A stretch of DNA of 54,515 nt. It comes from an uncultured Candidatus Saccharibacteria bacterium (GTDB taxonomy: Bacteria > Patescibacteriota > Minisyncoccia > Phycocordibacterales > UBA918). Where the stretch lies: positions 1 through 54,515 of the forward strand of contig CAZKFF010000008.1 in NCBI GenBank assembly GCA_964552045.1, given 5' to 3'. The position numbers and the translations under genes are program-made. Below are positions 43,991-53,043 of the stretch, one piece after another. The stretch's first letter is position 1; every line of letters starts with the position of its first letter. The notes beneath the pieces were generated by a model. That model had not been told where the DNA came from, ran no database searches, and saw only the letters and a program-made list of their open reading frames with translations.

Positions 43991-44680
43991 ATGAGTATCA
44001 CATCACAATACAACACGCTTGTCTTATTTGTCTTCGCGTTCACCACACTGCTCTTGCTGCCGTTCTCTGCTTCGGCGCATGAAACGCACATGTACGAGAT
44101 TAACGGCGCAACATATAAGTTCGTAGTCGGCTCGCTCAACGAACCGGTTATTGTCGACGATAAGACCGGCGCCAGTTTCGAGATAATCCGAAACGGCACA
44201 CCTCTTGTAGGAGCTCAGGATTCGCTGCAGTTGGAGATGAGTGCCGGCGATAAGAGCAGAGTCGTCAGCCTGAGCCCCGTACATGGTGCGGAGGGCCAAT
44301 ACAAGTCGGACTTCATCGCAACGGTCCCGACGACGCTTACTTACCGCGTGTACGGTACCCTTGAGGATACGGAGGTGGATCTCTCGTTCACCTGCAATCC
44401 TGCAGGTCATCCACAGTCGGAAGAGGATACAAACCGCACGGAAATAAGCGACAACGTTTTCCAGACGCTCAAGCGCGGCTCGTTCGGATGTCCGCAGCCT
44501 AAAGAAGCGTTCGGATTCCCTGAGGAAGCGCAAAGCTCATTCCAGATGGAACAGGCTGTTGCTGAAGTCGCTCAGAGTCAAAGCGACAGCAGTGCAGCAC
44601 AGCGGCCGCTGACAATGGGTGCACTTGCGCTCTCAGTCTTGGCATGCGCGCTTGCGGCATTCGCCATCAACAAAAAATAA
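43991..44680 (+). CDS. YcnI-like (DUF1775-like) copper-binding protein with C-terminal TM anchor
   Basis: The signal ends ..SASA/HETH, so the mature N-terminus would be His. Beta-rich domain and a C-terminal TM LTMGALALSVLACALAAFAI. Sits directly upstream of the copC-copD fusion, as ycnI-ycnJ does in B. subtilis. Confidence 0.55.
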   Translation: MSITSQYNTLVLFVFAFTTLLLLPFSASAHETHMYEINGATYKFVVGSLNEPVIVDDKTGASFEIIRNGTPLVGAQDSLQLEMSAGDKSRVVSLSPVHGAEGQYKSDFIATVPTTLTYRVYGTLEDTEVDLSFTCNPAGHPQSEEDTNRTEISDNVFQTLKRGSFGCPQPKEAFGFPEEAQSSFQMEQAVAEVAQSQSDSSAAQRPLTMGALALSVLACALAAFAINKK

Positions 44681-44701
44681 CAGCATAAGACCAAAAAAAC
44701 T

Positions 44702-46798
44702 ATGTGGTTTAGAAAAGTAGGGGTGTATGCCGCTATGGTCTCTGCTATAGCTTTATTGCCATCGCTGGCTTTTGCACATGCAACTCCAGTCTCATATGTT
44801 CCCGCAGCTTCTGCCACGGAATTGGCGGTTCCTTCATCGATTTCAATACGCTTTACGGAGCGTATTGAGGTGGGTGCGAGCAGTCTGACGGTATATGCGC
44901 CAGACGGTGCAGAGGTGAATGAAGGGAAGGGCGTGCTCGACCCCGCAGATGAGCGCGTTCTGTCTGTGCCAATCCGTGACTCAGGCGAGGGGGTTTATAC
45001 CGTGTCGTGGCAAGTAGTGTCTGTTGACGACGGACATTTCACGAAAGGAGCATATTCGTTTCTGGTGGATGCCACCGGGAAAGCCTATGAAGGCGGCGAC
45101 GCCGGAGTGGAGATCACATACAGCTCCAAATTGCCCGAAGCTGCGCTCTCATTCCTTAATCTCATAGGCGAAAGCCTGTTCCTTGCGGTTTTGCTGTGCG
45201 CAGCTTTCGTCATGCCTTCCGTCCGAAAGAAGATGCCGCAGCTTGCGGATGCCGGGTCAGTGTTCCTTCGTGCATGCGTGCATCTGGTATCAGTCGGATA
45301 TCTGCTGTTTGTCGCCGGAGGCCTGCTGAGCATCATGCACAAAAGTGCAGAGCTCGGTGCGCTGCAGAAAATAACCGTATTCGAAGCGATAACCACCTAT
45401 GCCGGGTCTTCGGCGGGGACATACGCAATACTCAAACTGCTTGCGGCAACAGTGTTCCTTGCGGTGTTCCTGAGTATACGTAAAAAACTGCCTGTCTTCC
45501 CGACGTGGGCGGTTGCGCTCCTGGGGGCGACGCTCGGCACGATCCTGTACATGCAGTCGCACATCAGCCATGCTGCAGCATCGCTTATACTTCCGAAATT
45601 CAGTATTTTCGTGACGTTCGTACACCTGGCGGCGAAAGAACTTGTTATCGGCAGTATCGTGGTACTCTTTATTTTCTTTGTCCTTTCGCTCAGACAACGA
45701 TCGCTTGGTCTTTTCTCTGGCATCGCATTGCGTCTTGACGTGTTCATCGCAGGAGCGCTGTGCTTTGCAAGTGTCTCGGGCGCATACATCACTTGGCTGC
45801 ATTTGAAGCACGGGATAAATATTGCCACAACCGAGTGGGGGGAACGGTTTCTGGTGCTTCTTGTTCTGACAGCGCTCTTCGGCGTCTTCAGGCTTCTCCA
45901 TCAGTGCATAACGGTACCGCGTCTGGCACAGACGCGCGTCCAGAGGCTCATGCTGTTCTCACTCCTTGTGGAGACAGGCATCGCCTTGGCGGTCCTCTTC
46001 TTCTCAGGATACATATCCATGACAACCCCGCCGTTCACTGTCGCACAGTATGATTATGCGAAGGAGTACACTTCTGAAGGAGTGCGGATACAGATGGGCG
46101 TGCATCCGTATGAGGAAGGGTCCATGCTCATCACGCTTACTGATGCTCATACGCACGCACCGATCGAGCCAACCAGCGTGATCGTGTCCGCCCACAATGA
46201 AGAGAAGGATATCGGACCTAATGTGCTGCCTTTGGCGCAGCGGTTCGAAGGAGGATACGTCTTTCCGCTTGCTGATCTGGTGCCGGCAGGCCAGTGGGAA
46301 CTGTCAGTGAACGCAGGACAGCAAAACGGATACGATGCGCATGCGATGTTTGCCTTAAACTATCCGCAGGATATCGAAGCAAGCGCCTGGTCGGATACTG
46401 TCCGGGTATTTGACGAGCTGGCAGTATGGACCATCGCTGCGGGCATTGGCATGCTTGTCTTCTTCTGCGCGTTGTTCGCGTATAGCAGCAGACAATGGGA
46501 CAAGGCGTCATATGCGCCCATAACCGCATCGCCTGTAGCTGCGTCTCAGTTCATCGCGGCAGCTGTAGGCGCGGTTGCCTGCATGCTCGCCCTGTTCTTT
46601 CTCTGGCAGCTTGTGGGGGTGTCCTCATTCCAGAAGCAGTGCATCGCCGACGGCTTCGCATGGCGGCAGGCGTTTCCTACCAGGGAGTTCGACGCCACGT
46701 CACAGAATGCGGTCGTCGGTTGCACGGTCCATGAGGGACACTATCATTTCGTCGACCAACGCGAATACCGTTTCTTCATGAAATCTCAACATGAATGA
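44702..46798 (+). CDS. CopC-CopD fusion protein (YcnJ-like) with extra C-terminal extracytoplasmic domain and Cys/His tail
   Basis: CopC: AHATPVSYVP..VYTVSWQVVSVDDGHFTKGAYSFLV. Then about 8 CopD-type TMs, an Ig-like segment (GVRIQMGVHPYEEG..WELSVNAG), 2 more TMs, and the tail ..GCTVHEGHYHF. Confidence 0.8.
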   Translation: MWFRKVGVYAAMVSAIALLPSLAFAHATPVSYVPAASATELAVPSSISIRFTERIEVGASSLTVYAPDGAEVNEGKGVLDPADERVLSVPIRDSGEGVYTVSWQVVSVDDGHFTKGAYSFLVDATGKAYEGGDAGVEITYSSKLPEAALSFLNLIGESLFLAVLLCAAFVMPSVRKKMPQLADAGSVFLRACVHLVSVGYLLFVAGGLLSIMHKSAELGALQKITVFEAITTYAGSSAGTYAILKLLAATVFLAVFLSIRKKLPVFPTWAVALLGATLGTILYMQSHISHAAASLILPKFSIFVTFVHLAAKELVIGSIVVLFIFFVLSLRQRSLGLFSGIALRLDVFIAGALCFASVSGAYITWLHLKHGINIATTEWGERFLVLLVLTALFGVFRLLHQCITVPRLAQTRVQRLMLFSLLVETGIALAVLFFSGYISMTTPPFTVAQYDYAKEYTSEGVRIQMGVHPYEEGSMLITLTDAHTHAPIEPTSVIVSAHNEEKDIGPNVLPLAQRFEGGYVFPLADLVPAGQWELSVNAGQQNGYDAHAMFALNYPQDIEASAWSDTVRVFDELAVWTIAAGIGMLVFFCALFAYSSRQWDKASYAPITASPVAASQFIAAAVGAVACMLALFFLWQLVGVSSFQKQCIADGFAWRQAFPTREFDATSQNAVVGCTVHEGHYHFVDQREYRFFMKSQHE

Positions 46799-46804
46799 GG
46801 TACT

Positions 46805-47758
46805 ATGTACGGTATGAAAAACATAGCAATCGTGATTGTGGCGCTCATCGTTGTGTTGGCCGTTGCCTCTATGTTTATAAGCTGGCAGGCAGCTCAGGTC
46901 ATTGATCAGAGTGGTACGCAGGTACCGCTTACAGAGGAGAGCACTGCGCACACACAAGAAACGGCCTATGGCTTTTCGTATGAGTACGAGCCAGACACGG
47001 ACGGGTATACCGTCGTTACTCCCGAGAATGCCACGCGCGGCGATCTGGTGTTCACGCAGTCAGTGTTTGACACGACCGATTATGAGGATCTGCAGCAGGG
47101 TGAGGTTCCCCGTGAAGCTCCCGCCTCGCTCACTATAGAGGTATATCGTAATCCGGCGAATCAGGAGACGCGCGAATGGATCACGCAGCACGATGAGTCG
47201 AACTACCATCTGAGCCCTGATGGCACGATCTCATCTGTCACGAAGAACAGCACGGAATTTCTGACCTATCAGTACGATGGGCTGTACCGTGCGGATGCAT
47301 ATGTAACCGGGAAGAATGGATACATATATGTATTCGCCAACATGTGGGACAATCCGCAGAGTGCGATGAAAACGGATATGGAGGAACTGCTTGAAACAGT
47401 GCAGTGGAGCACTCCGCAGGTGCCCGCACAGGCAGCGCATGGGGATATCATGGTCTTTTCCCCTGCATACAATGCCCACATCGGTTCTCCGCTTAAGGTC
47501 GAGGGTACCGCACGGGGCTTCTGGTACTTTGAAGGCTCATTTCCGCTTATGCTTGTCGATGCAAATGGGGATACTGTCGGAGAAGGCATTGCAACTGCCC
47601 AGGGTGAATGGATGACCGAGGATTTCGTCCCGTTTTCTGGAGAGGTCACATTCAGCGCGCCGGTTTCAGGGGAGGGAACACTCATCCTGAGGAAGGATAA
47701 TCCGTCAGGGATGCCTGAAAATGATGATTCCATCGAAATATCCGTACGGTTCGAGTGA
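46805..47758 (+). CDS. membrane-anchored protein with C-terminal Gmad2-type Ig-like domain
   Basis: GDIMVFSPAYNAHIGSPLKVEGTARGFWYFEGSFPLMLVDANGD..GEWMTEDFVPFSGEVTF. The alternative ATG at 46814 is 7 nt after TACTAT. Confidence 0.65.
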   Translation: MYGMKNIAIVIVALIVVLAVASMFISWQAAQVIDQSGTQVPLTEESTAHTQETAYGFSYEYEPDTDGYTVVTPENATRGDLVFTQSVFDTTDYEDLQQGEVPREAPASLTIEVYRNPANQETREWITQHDESNYHLSPDGTISSVTKNSTEFLTYQYDGLYRADAYVTGKNGYIYVFANMWDNPQSAMKTDMEELLETVQWSTPQVPAQAAHGDIMVFSPAYNAHIGSPLKVEGTARGFWYFEGSFPLMLVDANGDTVGEGIATAQGEWMTEDFVPFSGEVTFSAPVSGEGTLILRKDNPSGMPENDDSIEISVRFE

Positions 47759-47818
47759 TTTGAAAAAACCTGTCCGGCTGACTATACTGGAACCCGGGTC
47801 AGCACAAGGAAGGATATT

Positions 47819-48148
47819 ATGCGGTCTATCCAGGGAGAGCTCGCAGCAGCTCTTCGAGAAGCGACAGGTTTTGAAGTCGCCGGAGAATGGTGCGAAGGCA
47901 CATTCTATTTCGAATCCGACTGTTTCGAATTCTCCTGCGTCATGCACCAGGATGCGTTCGAGATCAGAAACATAGAGTGCACACAGAAAGGTGTCGGCAG
48001 AAAGATCGTGGAAGCAGTCCACGAATACTGTGACGACCGGGACCTGTGCGTCTTTGCAAGCTGCGTTGCAAGCAGCGCGATCGGATTCTGGCACAAGATG
48101 GGCTACGTCGAAAGCGGTGAACGCGATGAGTTCTTCCGTGTAGCGTAA
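47819..48148 (+). CDS. small GNAT-like (acetyltransferase C-terminal half) protein
   Basis: ..QKGVGRKIVEAV..AIGFWHKMGYVE resembles GNAT motifs A and B. It is short and the call is tentative. Confidence 0.4.
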   Translation: MRSIQGELAAALREATGFEVAGEWCEGTFYFESDCFEFSCVMHQDAFEIRNIECTQKGVGRKIVEAVHEYCDDRDLCVFASCVASSAIGFWHKMGYVESGERDEFFRVA

Positions 48149-48157
48149 CAATCATTG

Positions 48158-48184
48158 CAGCTCCGGGCATCCGGGGCTGTTTTG
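48158..48184 (+). terminator. intrinsic terminator
   Basis: CAGCTCCGG-GCAT-CCGGGGCTG followed by TTTTGTT. Confidence 0.65.
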
Positions 48185-48228
48185 TTCGGTCAAGCGCCAA
48201 TGTGCTAGGATATAAGGAGTTTTGTAAT

Positions 48229-48234
48229 TATAAT
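48229..48234 (+). promoter_or_regulatory. putative -10 TATAAT 8 nt upstream of the ATG at 48243
   Basis: ATTATAATCATATAGTATG. Confidence 0.4.
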
Positions 48235-48242
48235 CATATAGT

Positions 48243-48749
48243 ATGAAAACCGTTTACATTCTCATCGCAGCTTTAATTGTCATAGGAGGAGGCGTGTTGG
48301 GATATTTCTCATTCAACAAAACGCAAGAGGAACCGGTTCCCGAAGGGTATCACCGCATGGAAGACGGTACGCTGATGCGCAATGATGCGGGCGTCGAGGG
48401 CATGGGGGCGTTGCAGGAATTCCAGCTGAATGAAATGGAGCGGGAAAGCGCTTCATCTGCTGTCGATCAAAATGCACGCGTCTTTGATGTGAAGGGCATG
48501 AATTTCGCTTTCGATGTGAAAGAGATTCGAGTGAAGAAAGGCGATACTGTAGCAATCAACTTCGAAAGCACCGACGGCCTCCATGACTGGACACTCGACG
48601 AGTTTGATGCACAGACAAACCGGGTCCAGCCAGGCACGCCGACATCCGTCACGTTCGTCGCGGACGAAGCAGGTACATTTGAATATTACTGTTCAGTCGG
48701 CAATCACCGCGCACAAGGGATGGTCGGTACACTCGTCGTTGAAGAATAA
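48243..48749 (+). CDS. membrane-anchored cupredoxin (type-1 copper) domain protein
   Basis: Ligand pattern LHDW ... YYCSVGNHRAQGM (His; Cys-x4-His-x4-Met). Confidence 0.8.
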   Translation: MKTVYILIAALIVIGGGVLGYFSFNKTQEEPVPEGYHRMEDGTLMRNDAGVEGMGALQEFQLNEMERESASSAVDQNARVFDVKGMNFAFDVKEIRVKKGDTVAINFESTDGLHDWTLDEFDAQTNRVQPGTPTSVTFVADEAGTFEYYCSVGNHRAQGMVGTLVVEE

Positions 48750-48770
48750 TTATTTCCTGGGGCACTGCTC

Positions 48771-48776
48771 TATAAT
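48771..48776 (+). promoter_or_regulatory. putative -10 TATAAT 9 nt upstream of the ATG at 48786
   Basis: CTCTATAATCGAAACAGTATG. Confidence 0.4.
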
Positions 48777-48785
48777 CGAAACAGT

Positions 48786-49469
48786 ATGAAAAAACACACA
48801 TGGAAGATCGTATTTGTTGTTGCAGCGCTGTTGATGGGTGCTTCATTCCTGTACGCACATTACGTCAGCAGCAAGGCAAACGAAGGAGTGGTCATCTCCG
48901 ATCACTTTAAGGGAAATGAATCCGCCGCAGTCACGCTTACCGAGTATGCAGACTTCCAGTGTCCGGCCTGCGGGCAGTTCTATCCGATCATGAAAGAGGT
49001 CGAGACGCAGTATGGAGACAAACTCAGGATCGAGTTTAAGCACTTTCCACTGATGACCATCCATCCGTTTGCACTGCCAGCGGCTAAGGCAGCGGAAGCC
49101 GCTGGACAGCAGGGGCAATTTTGGCAAATGCATGACAAACTTTTTGAGAATCAGAACACCTGGTCACGGTCTGCAGCGCCGCAGGCATACTTTATCCAAT
49201 ATGCAGAGGAGCTTGGGCTCGACATGCCGTTGTTCAAGAAGCATCTGCGATCCTCGCTTCTGCAGGACCATATTGAAAGCCAATTCAATGAAGCTCAGGA
49301 TTTGGGTCTTACGGGTACTCCTTCCTTCTACCTCAATGGCGAGCGTCTGGAGTTCCAGACATTCGAGGAGTTTTTTGGCGCTATCGACGCAGCGCTCGGC
49401 ATCGCTCCGCAGGATGCGGCGCAGACTGTAGCTTCAAGCAGCGAGAATGGAGTAGAGTTCGGCATCTAG
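48786..49469 (+). CDS. DsbA-family thiol:disulfide oxidoreductase (second copy)
   Basis: N-terminal TM. Active site YADFQCPACGQFYP. Confidence 0.85.
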   Translation: MKKHTWKIVFVVAALLMGASFLYAHYVSSKANEGVVISDHFKGNESAAVTLTEYADFQCPACGQFYPIMKEVETQYGDKLRIEFKHFPLMTIHPFALPAAKAAEAAGQQGQFWQMHDKLFENQNTWSRSAAPQAYFIQYAEELGLDMPLFKKHLRSSLLQDHIESQFNEAQDLGLTGTPSFYLNGERLEFQTFEEFFGAIDAALGIAPQDAAQTVASSSENGVEFGI

Positions 49470-49475
49470 TCAGGG

Positions 49476-50807
49476 ATGGGTACGTCAATTGATACACACT
49501 GGTACAGGCAGCTTGCGCCACTCAGTATTGAGGTGCTGCATTACCTCAAGAGCGATCTGCACGGGCAAGAAGCACAGAGACTGGCGTTCTTTTCCGGAGA
49601 GGTTCAGGTGCCCTGTTTTGATTATTCTCATATTGAAATAGGACAGATCGAAGGGAAAGTTTCCGGTTTGAAGGAGTTGCGCGAACGTATCATCGCGCAG
49701 GAGAAGGAGGCAGTGGTAACTGAATTGTATACCGCGAAGATCGATGAGTATCTCGCCAATGCGCTTTTGCTGCGATCCGCGTATGAGGCTTCAGTCGCTC
49801 CACAGCACGGTTATGCTGCGATGGAGCATTTTAAAAAGGCGAACACGTATCTCTATGGGGAATTGGATGCCGACATGTTCAATCTGACACTGCGTACGCT
49901 GCGCAGGAAACTGGCCAATGTGCCGCAAGAGGTGCAAAGAAACCATCCGGAAGAGTATGCACGTCTGCAGCGGCTGGTACAGGATCTTCCTGTCCCTGCG
50001 CAGCGCTACGCCTTCGCTCTCGCACAACAGACTCCCCGGGATTCGAGGATCATACAGGATATTGTGGAGATAACGGGCTTGTTTCAAAGTGCGCTTCTGG
50101 ACCGGGGACTCGCAGATGTGTGGAAGGTACTGGTTGACACAACGGGTCTGCTGCAGACATTTTCGGTTGTCAATCATGAGCGGGTGCTCGCTATTCCCGG
50201 ACAGGAGTATTTTACTGCGCACGGCGGCTATACCGTTGCACAGCTCAACGGTCTTATCGCTCACGAGATCGATACGCATATCATCCGCAGGCATAATGGC
50301 AAACGATCGCTATTGCGTCTGCTCGGAGCCGGACTCGACCGGTATCACCGGGGCGAGGAAGGTATTGCGACGTTCAGGGCGCAGCGGGAAAAGGGATCGC
50401 GTTCGTTCGCCGGTTTCCTCGGGTATCTGTCGCTCGGATTGACGCAGGGAATGGAGCGCGGCGGCGCCGCGAAGGACTTCGCGGAGCTGTATACATTGCT
50501 GAATGCATATTTCCTGGTAGTCGGGGGGTTCACCCAGCCGATAGCGCAGATGCGGGCATGGCATGCCTGCTGGCGGGTATTCCGTGGAACGACCTGTGCC
50601 GAGCCAGGAGTGGTTTTCAAACGAGACGCGATGTATCGACAGGGCAATATTCTCATCCATCAGCTTCTTGCGGCGTATCCTGATGCGGAGAAGGATTTCG
50701 ACGTGGGGAATTTCGATCCAACAAAGAAAACACACATCACTGCGCTGTTAAAACTGCGACTGCTCTCGGGAGAACCATGGGAAACGCTTGCTACCGCATC
50801 GCAATAG
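49476..50807 (+). CDS. DUF1704 / QEGLA-motif metallopeptidase-like protein (tyrosine/phenylalanine carboxypeptidase-like fold)
   Basis: HExxH-like IAHEIDTHIIR and QEGLA-like GEEGIATF, 443 aa. Confidence 0.7.
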   Translation: MGTSIDTHWYRQLAPLSIEVLHYLKSDLHGQEAQRLAFFSGEVQVPCFDYSHIEIGQIEGKVSGLKELRERIIAQEKEAVVTELYTAKIDEYLANALLLRSAYEASVAPQHGYAAMEHFKKANTYLYGELDADMFNLTLRTLRRKLANVPQEVQRNHPEEYARLQRLVQDLPVPAQRYAFALAQQTPRDSRIIQDIVEITGLFQSALLDRGLADVWKVLVDTTGLLQTFSVVNHERVLAIPGQEYFTAHGGYTVAQLNGLIAHEIDTHIIRRHNGKRSLLRLLGAGLDRYHRGEEGIATFRAQREKGSRSFAGFLGYLSLGLTQGMERGGAAKDFAELYTLLNAYFLVVGGFTQPIAQMRAWHACWRVFRGTTCAEPGVVFKRDAMYRQGNILIHQLLAAYPDAEKDFDVGNFDPTKKTHITALLKLRLLSGEPWETLATASQ

Positions 50808-50814
50808 CGTGTAT

Positions 50815-51588
50815 CTAGTCTCCACTTTGACGGATGATCGTCTCAACCGGCAGCAGGTGGGGATATTTTGTCGCCTGTGTATATTTTTCTTTCGTGTCTT
50901 CTGTACAGATAAGGTACGCCTGCTTCACCTGCCGGCCTTCTGGCGGACACTGCAATATGAGCGTATCGCAGGTTGCTGCGTCAGTATCGAAGGTCAGTAT
51001 TTCCTGTGCAGATGCAGGGATCAACGCAGTGCATCCTATGGAAAGTTTGAACGCAGCCAATCCGATGTATGAATTGACGCCATAGGGGTTGCGATCCCTG
51101 CCATGGGAAAGTTTAGGCAGTCCGCGTTCGTACGCATATGTATTGATAAGGTACTCGGTATAGAGCGAAGGGTTTGCCTGGAGCGTAACACTTGACCATT
51201 TATGCGGATAGATGCGGTATGCAATGGACAGCATGGTCTTCCGTTCGGAAAAAATGGTGGCACCGATGCGCTGCCTGTTCTCGTACAGCAGGAGCGCGTA
51301 ATAGGTATACGGAGACTCTTTCCCGAGCGTCGTACCGTAAATATCGGAGACTTTCGGATTCGCTCTGTTTGATATCTCCTGCGTATACAAAGGAGTGAAC
51401 CATTGGAGGATATCATCAGACAACGGCTCAATGCTGTAGGTGATCCGAGAGAGGTCGTCGTGTCTGAGGGTTGAGCGCAGCTGCGCCTGGCTGCTTTTCC
51501 CCATGAGTGACAAGGGGTCTTCGACTACCGGTTTATACCACGCATGTTCAGGAATATAGGGTATCTTCATGAACGTAGAGTATAGCAT
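50815..51588 (-). CDS. GNAT-fold, FemAB/Acetyltransf_6-like protein
   Basis: C-terminal SHGRDRNPYGVNSYIGLAAFKLSIG resembles the ..G..FK..G end of Fem/CelD-like acyl or peptidyl transferases. Tentative. Confidence 0.45.
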   Translation of the reverse strand: MLYSTFMKIPYIPEHAWYKPVVEDPLSLMGKSSQAQLRSTLRHDDLSRITYSIEPLSDDILQWFTPLYTQEISNRANPKVSDIYGTTLGKESPYTYYALLLYENRQRIGATIFSERKTMLSIAYRIYPHKWSSVTLQANPSLYTEYLINTYAYERGLPKLSHGRDRNPYGVNSYIGLAAFKLSIGCTALIPASAQEILTFDTDAATCDTLILQCPPEGRQVKQAYLICTEDTKEKYTQATKYPHLLPVETIIRQSGD

Positions 51589-51729
51589 TATTTGCCGCCC
51601 CGTTCTTCACCCTCTTGAAAAAGGAGGGTAATTTTAGTATCCTAATACGCATATTAGATTCTGACAGACATCATTCAGAACGCAACTCGCTTGGCGCACA
51701 CGCCATTTTTTTTTCGAAATCTATTTTCT

Positions 51730-52989
51730 ATGCAGCATAAGAAAAACATTGTGGTCTTTGTGGAGCAGTACATTCCGCAGGCGGTGAAGAGCGTCCGAAA
51801 GCACTTCAAGGATATCGAGATACTGTTGCTCCGTGATATCAAAGACCGGCCAAAGGACAACGGCAGGGTCTTCAATGTCGATCATCTTGCGTATGTCGAT
51901 TTCACCAAGCCGCTGAAGATCGCCGAGGCGCTTCTGCCGTACCAGGAGCGGATGCTCTGTATCACCGCGCGCGGAGAGGGAGGCGCCAATAAGCTCAAAG
52001 AGGTCATCCCGCACGTGCCGTATCTGCGGACGCCGACGCGCGAATCGCTCGACTGGGCAACAGACAAATATGAGATGCGCAAGCGTATGAAGCTCTTCGA
52101 CCCCAAGAATACGCCGCGTTTCACCAAGATCAGCGAGAATTCGAAGAAGGAGCGCAACCGCGTCATTGAGAAGGTCGGCTTTCCGCTCGTCATCAAGCCG
52201 GCGAACCTGCAGGAGAGCCTCTTAGTGACCATCTGCTTCCATGCAGAGGAATTCGAGAAAGCGCTCGGGAACGTCTTCCGGAAACTACGGAAGGAGTATC
52301 AGCGCATTGGACGTTCGCAACTGCCGACGATCATGGCTGAGGAATTTATGGAGGGTGATATGTATTCCATAGATTCATACGTCAATTCGCGCGGAGAAAT
52401 ATTCCACTGCCCATTGGTTCGCGTCATGACCGGACGCAATATCGGACGCGAGGATTTTTATAATTACAAGCAGACCTCACCGGCTTCGCTGAAAAAAGAA
52501 ACAGTGGAAAAAGCGCAGCGGGTTGCGGAAACCGCCATCCATGCGCTTGGACTGCGCAGCATCACGGCGCACGTAGAACTCATGAAGATGGACGATGAGT
52601 GGAAGATCATTGAGATCGGTCCGCGTGTCGGCGGCTTTCGTCCGCTCCTCTATGAGCTCAGCTGCGACATAGATCACTCGCTGAACGATGTACTCGTCCG
52701 TATTCCGCGAAAACCGATCATTCCTAAAAAATGCAAAGGGTTCGCTACTGCCATGAAATGGTTCGCAGATAAGGAGGGGAAGATCGTTGAAATGAAAGGC
52801 ATCAAAAAGATCGAATCGCTCGAGTCCTTCCACAGTATTGTCATGAACAAAAAAGTCGGCGACCGTTCAACATTTGCAAAGAATGGAGGCATTTCCATAT
52901 TCAACCTCTTCCTCTATAACAGCGACCGTTCGAAACTGCTCGCTGACATCCGGCGGGTGGAGCAGCTTGTGAAGATAAAGGTTGGCTGA
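51730..52989 (+). CDS. ATP-grasp ligase (L-amino-acid-ligase-like)
   Basis: GFPLVIKPANLQESLLV, MAEEFMEGDMYSIDSYV, HVELMKMDDEWKIIEIGPRVGG. ATG at 51730. Confidence 0.75.
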   Translation: MQHKKNIVVFVEQYIPQAVKSVRKHFKDIEILLLRDIKDRPKDNGRVFNVDHLAYVDFTKPLKIAEALLPYQERMLCITARGEGGANKLKEVIPHVPYLRTPTRESLDWATDKYEMRKRMKLFDPKNTPRFTKISENSKKERNRVIEKVGFPLVIKPANLQESLLVTICFHAEEFEKALGNVFRKLRKEYQRIGRSQLPTIMAEEFMEGDMYSIDSYVNSRGEIFHCPLVRVMTGRNIGREDFYNYKQTSPASLKKETVEKAQRVAETAIHALGLRSITAHVELMKMDDEWKIIEIGPRVGGFRPLLYELSCDIDHSLNDVLVRIPRKPIIPKKCKGFATAMKWFADKEGKIVEMKGIKKIESLESFHSIVMNKKVGDRSTFAKNGGISIFNLFLYNSDRSKLLADIRRVEQLVKIKVG

Positions 52990-53043
52990 TACTTGTCCAA
53001 AGGCGCATGAGCTTCCTGCACGTGTGTTTGGTATGATACACCC

